Shown here: piece by piece, positions 1 to 10,260 of the stretch
Layout of the letters: each line of letters starts with the position of its first letter
How positions within the stretch are numbered: position 1 is the first letter of the stretch
Assembly: GCA_964016885.1 (NCBI GenBank)
Contig: OZ024764.1
Coordinates: forward strand, 26,970,001 to 27,034,000
Length of the DNA: 64,000 bases
From: Eledone cirrhosa
Lineage: Eukaryota
Reading direction: 5' to 3'
Notes under the pieces: generated by a model
What the model was told of the DNA's origin: nothing
The model's input: the letters and a program-made list of their open reading frames with translations, nothing else
The model's database searches: none
Position numbers and translations under genes: made by a program

Positions 1-535
1 AGGGAGATGAAACGACAGAGAGAGAGACAGATGAAACGAGAGAGAGAAATAGAGATGAAACGAGAGAGAGTGATGAAACGAGAGAGAGGAAGAGAGAGAT
101 GGAACGAGAGAGAGGAAGAGAGAGATGGAACGAGAGAGAGGAAGACAGAGATGAAATGAGAGAGAGGAAGACAGAGATGAAACGAGAGAGAGAGAGAGCG
201 AGATGAAACGAGAGAGAGAGAGCGCGAGATGAAACTCTGTCATGTAATGTTATGGACATATCTGCCCCTGGGGCTAATAATTCTGTCATGTAATGTTATG
301 GTCATGTCTGCACCTGTGGCTAATAAATCTGTCATGTAATGTTATGGTCATCTCTGCCCCTGTGGCTAATAATTCTGTCATGTAATGTTATGGACATCTC
401 TGCCCCTGTGGCTAATAATTCTGACATGTAATGTTATGGACATCTCTGCCCCGGTGGCTAATAATTCTGACATGTAATGTTATGGACATCTCTGCCCCTG
501 TGGCTAATAATTCTGACATGTAATGTTATGGACAT
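1..535 (+). repeat. Tail of an upstream composite satellite block: GA-rich block (1-235) plus ~6.5 copies of the 46-bp monomer (236-535)
   Basis: GAGATGAAAC(GA)n units followed by GTCATGTAATGTTATGGACATCTCTGCCCCTGTGGCTAATAATTCT repeats (CATG at 241 and 287, period 46); same family as 13520-41412. Confidence 0.95.
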
Positions 536-552
536 TGCTATCTTGTTTCATC

Positions 553-2151
553 TCAAACAGCAAAGTGCAAGAAGAGAAAATTGTCGTGTACAGAACTGTG
601 AATTAAGATTTAGAAGAGGATCAGATATGAGCTGCTCTAATTTACCAACTAGTAATGATAGCTGTTGTTTTGTGGGGGATTGAGGGCACACCACCTGTAC
701 AAAGAGATATTATCATCTTTCCTAAAGACCATCCTCCTCAGAAAATACCACATAATGCATGCCACTTGGACCTCATGACCGACCGATAATGGTGAATTTT
801 GGTGGCATAGTGCCATGGAGAGGAATGTAGGACCTGTGTTTGCAATAGACTGACAATGCAGGAGTATTACATATACTGTATAGCATATAGAGGAGGATTT
901 AGTGCGATATATAGGGCAGGTAAATTATTTTAGCAGTATTTAGTGGATGCCTATATGAAAGTAGAGGGATGCAGGCTTCAATATTTGAGGAACAATCAAG
1001 CCCAATTGTGAGTGGATGAGTATAATGGTTTAATGAATTATCTAAACAGATGATAACACTGAGCCTTAAAAAATGAAGACAAGATAAGAAACAGAGAAGA
1101 CATTGACAGAATCGTGTCAGCAGAAATACCTGCATTGGAAGATGATCCAGTACTACATGAGCAGGTTTAAAAGTTTATGATCCACAGGCCATGTGGTTCT
1201 GGAAACCCTTTTCCCCCATTTATACAAAATGGATTTTTCAAAAAGAACTATCCAAAAACCTACAGAAGGGAAACATTATTGAACCTAAATGGATACCCAG
1301 AGTACAGGAGGTGCAAGACAGGAACTGCAGTGTAAATTGGATGACATTCAGTAGATAACAGGAATGTTATGCCATTTAATGCCTTTTTGCTTAAGAAATA
1401 TTGTGCACATATTAATGTTGAAGTTTGCGCTTCTGTAAAAAGTGTCAAGTACCTCTTTAAATATGTTACATGGGGCATGATTGTACATCTATAGAAGTAA
1501 CGAATAATGCATTACCTAATGAGGCTCAGAACCAACACAACCATGATGAAATAAGAACCTATCTTTGTTGCAGGTATGTGTCTCAGCCAGAAGCAGTGTC
1601 GTGTCTCTCGGAATTTAAGCTTCATGGTACATCACATACAGTATACAGCCTAGCCACACACCTGGAGAACAAACAGAGTTTACTTTCAAAGAGGCAATGC
1701 TCAGGTTGTGGTAGAAATGCAGGGACCCTTGCTGCCTGGTTCAAGCTAAATGAACTTGCTTACACCTTCTGGGATGCCGCCTCACTAACTCCAATTATAA
1801 GCAGGATCAATAATAATGCTTCTATGGAATATTTCAATCCAGAACAGATTATGTAATGGCACAAGATTAGAAGTAGTAGAACTGCATAAACATTTTATCA
1901 AAGCTTCTCATATCTATGGTCCTTTGATGGGCAGGTGTGTTTTGATCCCAAGACTGAAGTTATCCCCCAGTGGTGCCAACATCCCTTTTACTTTGGAAAG
2001 ACCCCAGTTTCCATTAAGACTGTCATATGCCATGACAATCAACAAGAACCATGGTCAAATACATGATAAAGTGGGTCTGTTCCTCCCTGAGCAAGTATTT
2101 AACCCTGGACAATTGTATGTTGCTTTTTCAAGAGTTCACAGACAGATGTAA
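553..2151 (+). pseudogene. Helitron RepHel pseudogene, 3' part (Helitron_like_N, Rep catalytic-tyrosine region, C-terminus of the PIF1-like helicase), internally deleted
   Basis: Frameshifted translation gives DIDRIVSAEIP, MIHxPCG, GYPEYRR, CAHINVEVCASVKSVKYLFKYV, DEIRTYL..RYVS, then jumps to LCNGTRL..QFPLRLSYAMTINK..GQLYVAFSRV; several stops and frameshifts. Confidence 0.92.
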
Positions 2152-2345
2152 AAATTAATCCTAGCAAACCCCCACCACTCCTACAACTGTTAGCTGTTAG
2201 CCCACCCCCAGCACCACCCAACCTCCGTTCTAGTCCCACCGTTAGAACCAATGCTGCTTACCCTGCCTCTTTTACTAGTTCACTCCGTCGCTCGAATTTC
2301 AAAGCTGGCCCTCTACACTTGGTCGTTGCCAGCTCACCACCTGGT

Positions 2346-2485
2346 TGTGCTCTCTGTGTCCGCACTAGCCGGTACCTAAACACAATAAAATGTCACCTGT
2401 GCTACCAAAACTACCACAGGAACTCTGTCGGCATCAGCAAGGCTCAAGCCGAAAGGCTTCAATACTAGACCTGTAATCAGGGCCA
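2346..2485 (+). pseudogene. Degenerate PHD-like zinc-finger remnant, probably from a non-LTR retrotransposon
   Basis: Manual translation CALCVRTSRYLNTIKCHLCYQNYHRNSVGISKAQAERLQY*TCNQG shows C4H(C)3-like spacing with decay; copies near 43958 and 53309. Confidence 0.5.
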
Positions 2486-2723
2486 CTTTACCTCCGACGA
2501 CCAGCTTTCTACCGAGTGTGTGTTGATGGAGGGGACATGAGACCAGCAAAGTCCTAGGAGTAGAGACTAGTAAATAATAAACGGTCCTAGCTATGTTAAG
2601 AATATATATAAGAAAAATGTTCTATACATTTAAGAAGACAAGAGAAATAAATATTTACCTCTTTCATGTAGGTAATATAGCGGTGTTATAAAAGTATAAT
2701 AACTGATGCAGGTAGTTTGTTTC

Positions 2724-2885
2724 AAACTATAACACATATAACTCTATCAGTGAAGCCCTTTAGTATAGGTCAACTGGGAAACTATAACACATATAACCCT
2801 ATCAGTGAAGTCCTTTAGTATAGGTCAACTGGGAAATTATAACACATATAACCCTATCAGTGAAGTCCTTTAGTATAGGTCAACT
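2724..2885 (+). repeat. 55-bp minisatellite, 3 copies
   Basis: AAACTATAACACATATAACCCTATCAGTGAAGTCCTTTAGTATAGGTCAACTGGG, starts at 2724, 2779, 2834. Confidence 0.93.
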
Positions 2886-2937
2886 AACAGAAGTATTACG
2901 GGTATGGAAAAAATTCTAAATAAGCCTACAACAGTCA

Positions 2938-3005
2938 TTGCGGGCCACTCTGACTGGTCAGGTGGGCTCGATTGTGGCCCGCGGGCCGCCTGTTGCACGC
3001 CCCTC
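2938..3005. mobile_element. hAT (Charlie/Tip100-like) terminal fragment
   Basis: TGGCCCGCGGGCCGCCTGTTGCACGCCCCT resembles typical hAT subterminal plus terminal sequence. Confidence 0.5.
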
Positions 3006-3034
3006 CTTTAGACAGAATATCTATCACTGTTAAG

Positions 3035-3247
3035 TAATACTGTGATCTGTCGGCTAACTACATTTTCCAGCCTGTGGCGTTTGGGGGAGTCGGGATACTG
3101 ACTGCGAGATTCCTATCTTCACTGGCGGCTAGCCTGACGAAGGTGACTGGTGAAGCTCGTGAGGGCACTTGGTTGTTCCAGCTCCTCAGCCTCGCCATCG
3201 CCCGAGGTAACGCTGCAGACGTGCTGGCTTGCCTAAAAAATCATTAG
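3035..3247 (+). pseudogene. 3' end of a CRE/NeSL-like non-LTR retrotransposon (C-terminus of the restriction-like endonuclease domain), lineage 1
   Basis: YIFQPVAFGGVGILTARFLSSLAASLTKVTGEAREGTWLFQLLSLAIARGNAADVLACL*, matching the FxP..G..FL..TGE.RE..L.Q.LS.AI.RGNA pattern. Confidence 0.75.
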
Positions 3248-3328
3248 AGAGGTTTCCCAGTGCTCCTCGCGATACTGTTATCTTTTGCTCTAGTAGCAGC
3301 TCGTTTGTCCACCCCTTTCGCCTGCCTT

Positions 3329-3520
3329 TGGTTGTATGTCGTCCTAGATGTGTGTATTACCTGCTTGTGTGTTGTATGTGGTCCTAGATGTGTGTATTAC
3401 CTGCTTATGTGGTCCTAGATGTATGTATTACCTGCTGGTGTGTTGTATGTGGTCCCAGATGTGTGGATTACCTGTTTTTGTGTTGTATGTGGTCCCAAAT
3501 GTGTGTGCTACCCGCTTCTG
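3329..3520 (+). repeat. ~40-bp GT-rich minisatellite, ~5 diverged copies
   Basis: GTGTTGTATGTGGTCCTAGATGTGTGTATTACCTGCTT units; second copy at ~54547-54740. Confidence 0.85.
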
Positions 3521-4398
3521 TGATTTGTTGTTTCTTCCGAGAAACAATCCTGTATTTTTTTAATCTATTCCATGCGTTAAGTAATTAGCAGCAACAACAA
3601 ACTGATTTTCAGTTGTAAAAAGAATCTTTAAACCTTCACCATTTACATTAACACATACCATACGTTGTCCCAGCCACAAATAAACAGTAAAAAAAACTTA
3701 CTTTGCGGTTAAATTCTTCACAATTAAAAGAAAAATATTTCTAACACGTTTCTAGACAACACCAAGTTTACACCTTCAATATCCGGTAAAAGTAAAAACA
3801 AATTCTGGAGACATTTAACGAAACGAAACTATGTAAAGAAAAACGAAAATTAAACGAAGACAAATAGTAAATTTTAATTTTTATTAAATAAAATACCAGT
3901 AATTCACTGCAGTAGATTTAATCAACTTTACTCTCTCTGCACGAAAGAAGAAAAAAATTCCTGACTTAGTGCTTAATATATAGAGAGGGGGAGAGTTTGG
4001 TGTTACTTCATATAGAGAGGGGTATTGGAAGAGAGTGCCGTGTAGTAGATATAGAGAGGGAGAGAGTGTGTGCTAATTGATATAAAGAGGGGGATTTGCA
4101 CCCCCCCCCCCCCCGCCTAGAAAAATTCTGAAATGCTTCGACCTCCCTGTACATATATATATATATATAGTATACACACACAGACATATATATAGTAAAT
4201 AAATGTGTGTGTGTATCAGTGGTCCCCAAACTTTTCTGTTCCACACCCCTCCTCTAAAATATGTTTATGTTCCCCTTTAATATAAAAAAAATCCGAGTAT
4301 TCTGAAAGTATTATTACTGTAATATAAAGTAGAAACCCTTTATTTAAACAAAGCTACGATGCAGCGATGATCAAAACAAACTTCTCGTAGGTGCTGCC

Positions 4399-4500
4399 AA
4401 GCGGGGAAAAGTGGATGTATAATGATGATGATATATATATATATGCCCCACCCTTGCAAACAGGGAAAAGCAGACGTAAAATGAAAATGATGATATATAT
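4399..4500 (+). mobile_element. Isolated RTE LINE 3' tail (duplicated tail with (ATG)n)
   Basis: Matches 47923-48020 immediately downstream of the RTE ORF; another copy at ~55645-55745. Confidence 0.75.
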
Positions 4501-4894
4501 ATAGATATGTATATATATATATTTATACTTATACGTCATGGTGGCTACAGGTGCCAAGAGGAAGAAGCCGGTCAAATCCTCTGATATTTGTTTATCTTCC
4601 TTTCCTTTGTATATATATATATAGTATGTGTGTGTGTATGAAGATGTATGACCCCTAGCAAGCCAAACTACAGTTACTCCCCAACATGGAGAGCAAATTA
4701 AAACATTACCTGTTAGAGACGAACGTGAAATGATTTGTTAGTGAACTACCGGTGTCACAGTAATTATGTTACCGGTGTAACTATTTCTGTTTACCTTATT
4801 TTTAAATGACACTCCTATATTAGTTTAGTGACCTTTCAATTCAAATAAATTCTTGATGATGATTGAACTCGCATCGGAGTAGCCCAACGCCTTG

Positions 4895-5225
4895 GCCTCC
4901 GCGTGTGTGAGCCACATAAATGCTCTCAACGACATAGTGAGAAGAAGCCTGGACGCAGCTGAATTTCCATCTCAACTGGAGTCAGCAGGCTTAGGCCGCG
5001 GAGATGGCAAGCACCCCGAGGGAATCACCCTCTTCCCATTCGAAGGAGGTAGATCCACAAACCCCAGCATCGCTGCCCGTCTCGCAGATGAACATAAAAT
5101 AAACAAATTCCGGTGTTTGTCCTGGAGCCTCTTCTAAGCACCAGCCGCCGTCGAGACCCCGGGCCAACTTGGACCCATTACAGCCGAGCTCCTCCGCAAC
5201 ATCGCAGTGTCTGTGGCCCGTCTGA
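4895..5225 (+). pseudogene. CRE/NeSL-like retrotransposon RLE-domain remnant, lineage 2
   Basis: HINALNDIVRRSLDAAEFPSQLE(S/P)AGLGRGDGKHPEGITLFPFEGGR..AARLADEHKINKF..ETPGQLGP resembles the RH.ALND..EP.GL.R.DGKRPDG motif. Confidence 0.8.
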
Positions 5226-5393
5226 GGATGGAGTCCCACGAGGTTGGATGCCTGTTGCAGCAGGTGTTACTGTCCTTACATATATATACGTAAATGTTCC
5301 CTTGACTGCTATTTCTAGCATATATTAATAGACACTTTAGAAACAGCAGCTAAAAATCAAGAAACAACAGTGTGTGTCTGTATATATATACAC

Positions 5394-5394
<1 letters not shown>

Positions 5395-5487
<93 letters not shown>

Positions 5488-5558
5488 AGCCAAAGACACG
5501 AACATACACATACACACAGGTGTATGTCTGCGTGTATGTATATATATGTGTGTGTCTT

Positions 5559-5620
<62 letters not shown>
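5395..5620. repeat. (GA)n, (CA/TG)n, (CT)n and (TA)n microsatellite cluster with hairpin-like symmetry
   Basis: Read directly; length-variable copies at ~49735-49918 and ~56636-56830. Confidence 0.9.
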
Positions 5621-7647
5621 GTCAGTGATCCCCCTCGCAACCTTTAATTAACCAAACCTGCGATGAGGCGATGATCAAAATAAACACCAAAGTATAAACA
5701 AACAGCCCATAGGTGCTGCCGGATACACGATAACATGTGTAGACGAAGTAAAACTTTTATTACTGTAATATAAAGTAGAAACCCTTTATTTAAACAAAGC
5801 TGCGATGCAGCGATGATCAAAACAAACTTCAAATAACATGTGTATACGAAGTGTATCTGGAAGCTTGGTCGTATTATATGACTTTCAAATTGACCCCTAT
5901 TATATTCAAATTATCCCCTGTGGGGCGTGCACCCCACGTTGAGAATCCCTCATAAATAAATATATGTGAGTGTGTTGCTATGACTGCTATTTCTAGCAGG
6001 TTTACTGCAGTCCTGTAGACGCACAACAAAAACCGGAAGTGGCAGCCATTAAAAAACTTTGGCTTAAAATCAGGCAAAAGTTTTTTAACAATTTGCCAAG
6101 AAAGATAACTCTTGTCTTACTTAATCGCAAAAATCGAGGCAAAAATTTTGTGGGTGTACAGTTTGTTTGGTGTATTTGACTGCTATTTCTAGCATGTATG
6201 GACACTTTAGAAATAGCAGCGAAAAACGGAAAACAGCAGAAAGAAGGACACACACCTATATATATATATATATATACCAGCTATACACTCACCCATACAT
6301 ATATATATATACCAGCTATACACACACCCATATCTACGTATAGGTGTGTGTGCGCGCGTGTATGTATATATAAATATATATATTTAAATGTATATATCTG
6401 TGCATATATATATGTATATATATATACGTGTGTGTCCTTCTTTCTTATGTTTCCCGTGTTTCGCTGCTATTTCTAAAGTGTCCATATATGCTAGAAATAG
6501 CAGTCAAATACACCAAACAAACTGCACACCCGCAAAATTTTTTGCCTCGATTTTTGCGATTAAGTAAGACAAGAGTTATCTTTCTTGGCAAATTGTTAAA
6601 AAACTTTTGCCTGATTTTAAGCCAAAGTTTTTTAATGGCTTCCACTTCCGGTTTTTGTTGTGCGTCTACAGGACTGCAGTAAACCTGCTAGAAATAGCAG
6701 TCATAGCAACACACTCACATATATTTATTTATGAGGGATTCTCAACGTGGGGTGCACGCCCCACAGGGGATAATTTGAATATAATAGGGGTCAATTTGAA
6801 AGTCATATAATACGACCCAACTCCCTGTTACACTTCGTATACACATGTTATCGTGTATCTGGCAGCACCTGCGAGAAGTTTGTTTACATTTTGGGGTTTG
6901 CTTTGATGATCGCTGCATCTCAGCTTTGTTTAAATAAAGGGTTTCTACTTTATATTACAGTAATAACACTTTTACAAGACTCGGATTGTTTTTATATTAA
7001 AGGGGGACATGTTTTTTAAACTCTGAACTCAGCATCTTTCTGTTGTTCTCCGGGATTCTAGCAAAGTATAAAAAAAAATATATATATATAGATATATATA
7101 TATATATCTGGCAGTCAACCTCAGACTCGAAAAAGCCGCCGCTAATCGTGATCGTTGGGGTTATAATTCGACTAAAGTGCTTCCACTGGGCACCATTAGC
7201 TGGTTGTGATCATTGGAGAATTCTTTCTGCGCTGAAAGAGCCTAGGACTAAAAGATATATATATAGATGTCGAAACGGCAGTAGCACAGCCGTTGGGGTC
7301 CTGAATATTTTCACATCTATATATGTGTGTGTATTCTGCGACATTTATAATTACATAAGCAAGCATATTTGAATAACAAAATTTGAGGTTTAAATACTTT
7401 ATTTTTTACCAATAACATAGAGAAAGGCATGAACAACACCACATGTTAATTACTTTAATATTGAAAGTAGGCTTATAAATATTAAAAAAGCAGATGCTTG
7501 TATCGTTCATGGTGGTCTGGTGGGTGATACCAGAGATGGTGGTAGTCATGGTTTCGGTTTCAATCCTGGTCATGGGTTACATATAAGGTCTCATTTTTCT
7601 TTCTTTCAGTTTTCTTCTTATCTCTAGATATAAATATATATACATAA

Positions 7648-7755
7648 GGTAATTTGGTAGAATTGTTAGAACATCAGATAGAATTCTTTGCAGTATTTTT
7701 CCAGTTCTTTACTCTGAGTTCAACTTTACCTTTCTTCCATTCGGTGTCGATAAGT
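7648..7755 (+). mobile_element. Degenerate tRNA-derived SINE (octopus-type)
   Basis: GGTAATTTGGTAGAATTGTTAG...CTGAGTTCAA..CTTT.CCTTTC.TCCATTCGGTGTCGATAA resembles the better-preserved copy at 12320-12482; further copies near 10343, 59263, 61770. Confidence 0.55.
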
Positions 7756-8449
7756 CTTGAATATGTCTAACGTAGCAATAACTGGAGCTACTTAACCAAG
7801 TTTTCCCAACCTAGTCGATGTCACCTACTGGTTGGCGATTTAAACTGTTGGCTGGGACAATGACCAACTAATCAGTCAGATTCCAACTCACTATGTCTGG
7901 CATATATTTTATATTTTATATTTGAATGAAGTTCTGTAAGTAACCTGGTGGCTTAGATGGCAATACTGCTCGAATAGATGGCTTCTATTATGAAGTTATA
8001 AGTTCATTCCCTATCCAGGATTGTAGAATTAATTTTATTTAGTTATTATTTAATCAATTGTTTTAACAAACAAATTATATCTATAAAACGCCAAATATAG
8101 TGAGTTCAAATCTGACTGACATGCATGGTATATATTTATGTTTCATTATACAGCGACACAATACACAGGAACTTATAAAGATATGTATATATTGTCCAGG
8201 AGTTTCGAGTTTAGTGGGAATTGGTACAACTCTCAATTGGAGCTAGTCCCTGCAAGATCAGCATAAATAATGTTATACCTTTTCATGAAATCTTGCACAC
8301 CCGATATTTTATACATGATTATTTAAAGGTGAACAAAAACCAAAGAACATTGTGCAGCATTTCTCAACCTTTCTACCCATGTCGATCTCTTGAAATAGTT
8401 TTTATGTCTCAGGGAAGCCCTGCATAAAATATACTTTTTCTATCTCTAG

Positions 8450-8500
8450 AGCAGTGGTTCCCAAATCGTGTGCTGCGAGATGAAACAAGATGAGCTGCAA
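8450..8500. mobile_element. hAT-like terminus
   Basis: TAGAGCAGTGGTTCCCAAA; a similar end CAGTGGTCCCCAAACTTTT lies at 4216. Confidence 0.5.
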
Positions 8501-8599
8501 AAGACTAAGATTAAGTTTTAAGATGTGAAAAATATAAAACTGAAATTTCATATAAAAGTACAAATATAGCTACAGCCACAAACCTAGGCTCCACACCCC

Positions 8600-8800
8600 G
8601 CAATGCAGAGGATAGTAAGATAGTACCAAGGCCTGACTCACCTCTTCCACTCCATTGAGACCTCTGCCATACTTGGTCCCTGTACTGCTGATTTCCTCCA
8701 TAAAGTCGGGAGGAAAGACAACAGGAGCCTCATGAGGAGGGGCAACTATTGTAGCAGGTGTCTCTGGCCTTGTTCCGAGGTAACGCTTTTACGTTTCTTC
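8600..8800 (+). pseudogene. 3' end of a CRE/NeSL-like retrotransposon, lineage 3
   Basis: YQGLTHLF..SIETSAILGPCTADFLHKVGRK..LL*QVSLALFRGNAF with frameshifts; copies at ~11295, ~60215, ~62706. Confidence 0.65.
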
Positions 8801-9039
8801 CACAGGTTGCGGCTGAGGGACCACTTAGACTGGGGTGAAGTGTCTGTCCCTCCCCCGACTTCTTACTTCTTTTTTTTTCTCCTTTTCATTTTCTTTTCTC
8901 TTCTTGCTTATCTCTGCTATACCACGGCATCAAAAACATATATAATATGTGTATGTATGGTATAGGTGTATTTATATTTAGGATAGTTATCAAAGGTAAA
9001 TAGACTGGTTGGAGCAATAACAGTCTTGTTTATGTATAT

Positions 9040-9086
<47 letters not shown>

Positions 9087-9187
9087 TGTTCTTGTATTTC
9101 CATAGAAAAGGTAAAGAAAAGAAGAATGCTATATATATTGTACAGAGCTATTTAATTACATAATAAACAACAGAATATAATTATTCC

Positions 9188-9439
9188 ATGCAAATAGACT
9201 TAGACTGGAAAACATTCAGACAGAGAAGAATGGATAATGAGCGTCGTAAGAGAAATTGCCAACAATTAATATTAATGGAAATGTAGAAGGATTTCATATT
9301 AGTGATATGAATGTTTCGTGTGATCACTGTGGAGCTTTGAAATTTAGAAATGAAAATTGTAACTGTTGTAATAAAGGAAAGGTTATGTTGCCACCATTGC
9401 AAATATACCCTGAGAGACTGAGAAATCTCTTTGAAAGAG
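9188..9439 (+). pseudogene. Helitron 5' fragment (CxxC..CC zinc-finger region) truncated by a snap-back hairpin
   Basis: MNVSCDHCGALKFRNENCNCCNKGKVMLPPL..PERLRNLF is a typical Helitron N-terminus. Confidence 0.85.
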
Positions 9440-9460
9440 ATTTCTCAGTCTCTCAGGGTA

Positions 9461-10260
9461 TATATTCCCGCCGGTGAAATAAAAATTTTAATAGAAAAAC
9501 GGCGGGAATATATGTTACAACCCAACCTACATATTTTTGGGCTGTAACATATATTCCCGCCGTTGAAATAAATATTTTAATAGAAAAACGGCGGGAATAT
9601 ATGTTACAACCCAATCTATATATATTTGAGTTGTAACATATATTCCCGCCGTTGAAATAAAAATGTTAATAGAAAAACGGCGGGAATATATGTTACAACG
9701 CAATCTATATATATTTGGGTTGTAACATATATTCCCGCCGTTGAAATAAAAATTTTAATAGAAAAACGGCGGGAATATATGTTACAACCCAACCTACATA
9801 TGTTTGGGTTGTAATATATATTCCCGCCGTTTTTCTGTTAAAATTTTTATTTCAACGGCGGGAATATATGTTACAACCCAAATATATGTAGATTGGGTTG
9901 TAACATATATTCCCGCCGTTTTTCTATTAAAATTTTTATTTCGACGGCGGGAATATATGTTACAACCCAAATATATATAGATTGCGTTGTAACATATATT
10001 CCCGCCGTTTTTCTATTAAAATTTTTATTTCAACGGCGGGAATATATGTTACAACCCAAATATATGTACATTGGATTGTAACATATATTCCCGCCGTTTT
10101 TCTATTCAAATTTTTATTTCAACGGCGGGAATATATGTTACAACTCAAATATATATAGATTGGGTTGTAACATATATTCCCGCCGTTTTTCTATTAAAAT
10201 TTTTATTTCACCGGCGGGAATATGTTACAACCCAAATATATATATATTGAGTTGTAACAT
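9461..10260. repeat. 89-bp palindromic (dumbbell) tandem array, 4 units with loops in one orientation then 5 inverted
   Basis: Unit is 28-bp arm + 22-nt spacer + inverted 28-bp arm + 11-nt spacer; starts at 9461, 9550, 9639, 9728; loop inverted from ~9817. Confidence 0.95.

Larger units (their letters stand above)
4268..7010. mobile_element. Foldback/long-TIR palindromic element with nested insertions in the left arm
   Basis: 4268-4398 is the reverse complement of ~6860-7010; 5757-6270 is the reverse complement of ~6415-6966; inner hAT-like ends (AGGGATTCTCAACGTGGGG) and GACTGCTATTTCTAGCA motifs. Confidence 0.8.

Noticed and set aside
553-2151. Functional host PIF1 helicase gene
   Set aside because: Linked to Helitron Rep motifs, lacks the helicase N-terminal motifs, has many stops and frameshifts, and is multi-copy
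5370-5651. Short ORFs over microsatellites (ERERER, IYIYIY) and antisense ORFs over TEs
   Set aside because: Low-complexity or shadow ORFs with no coding evidence
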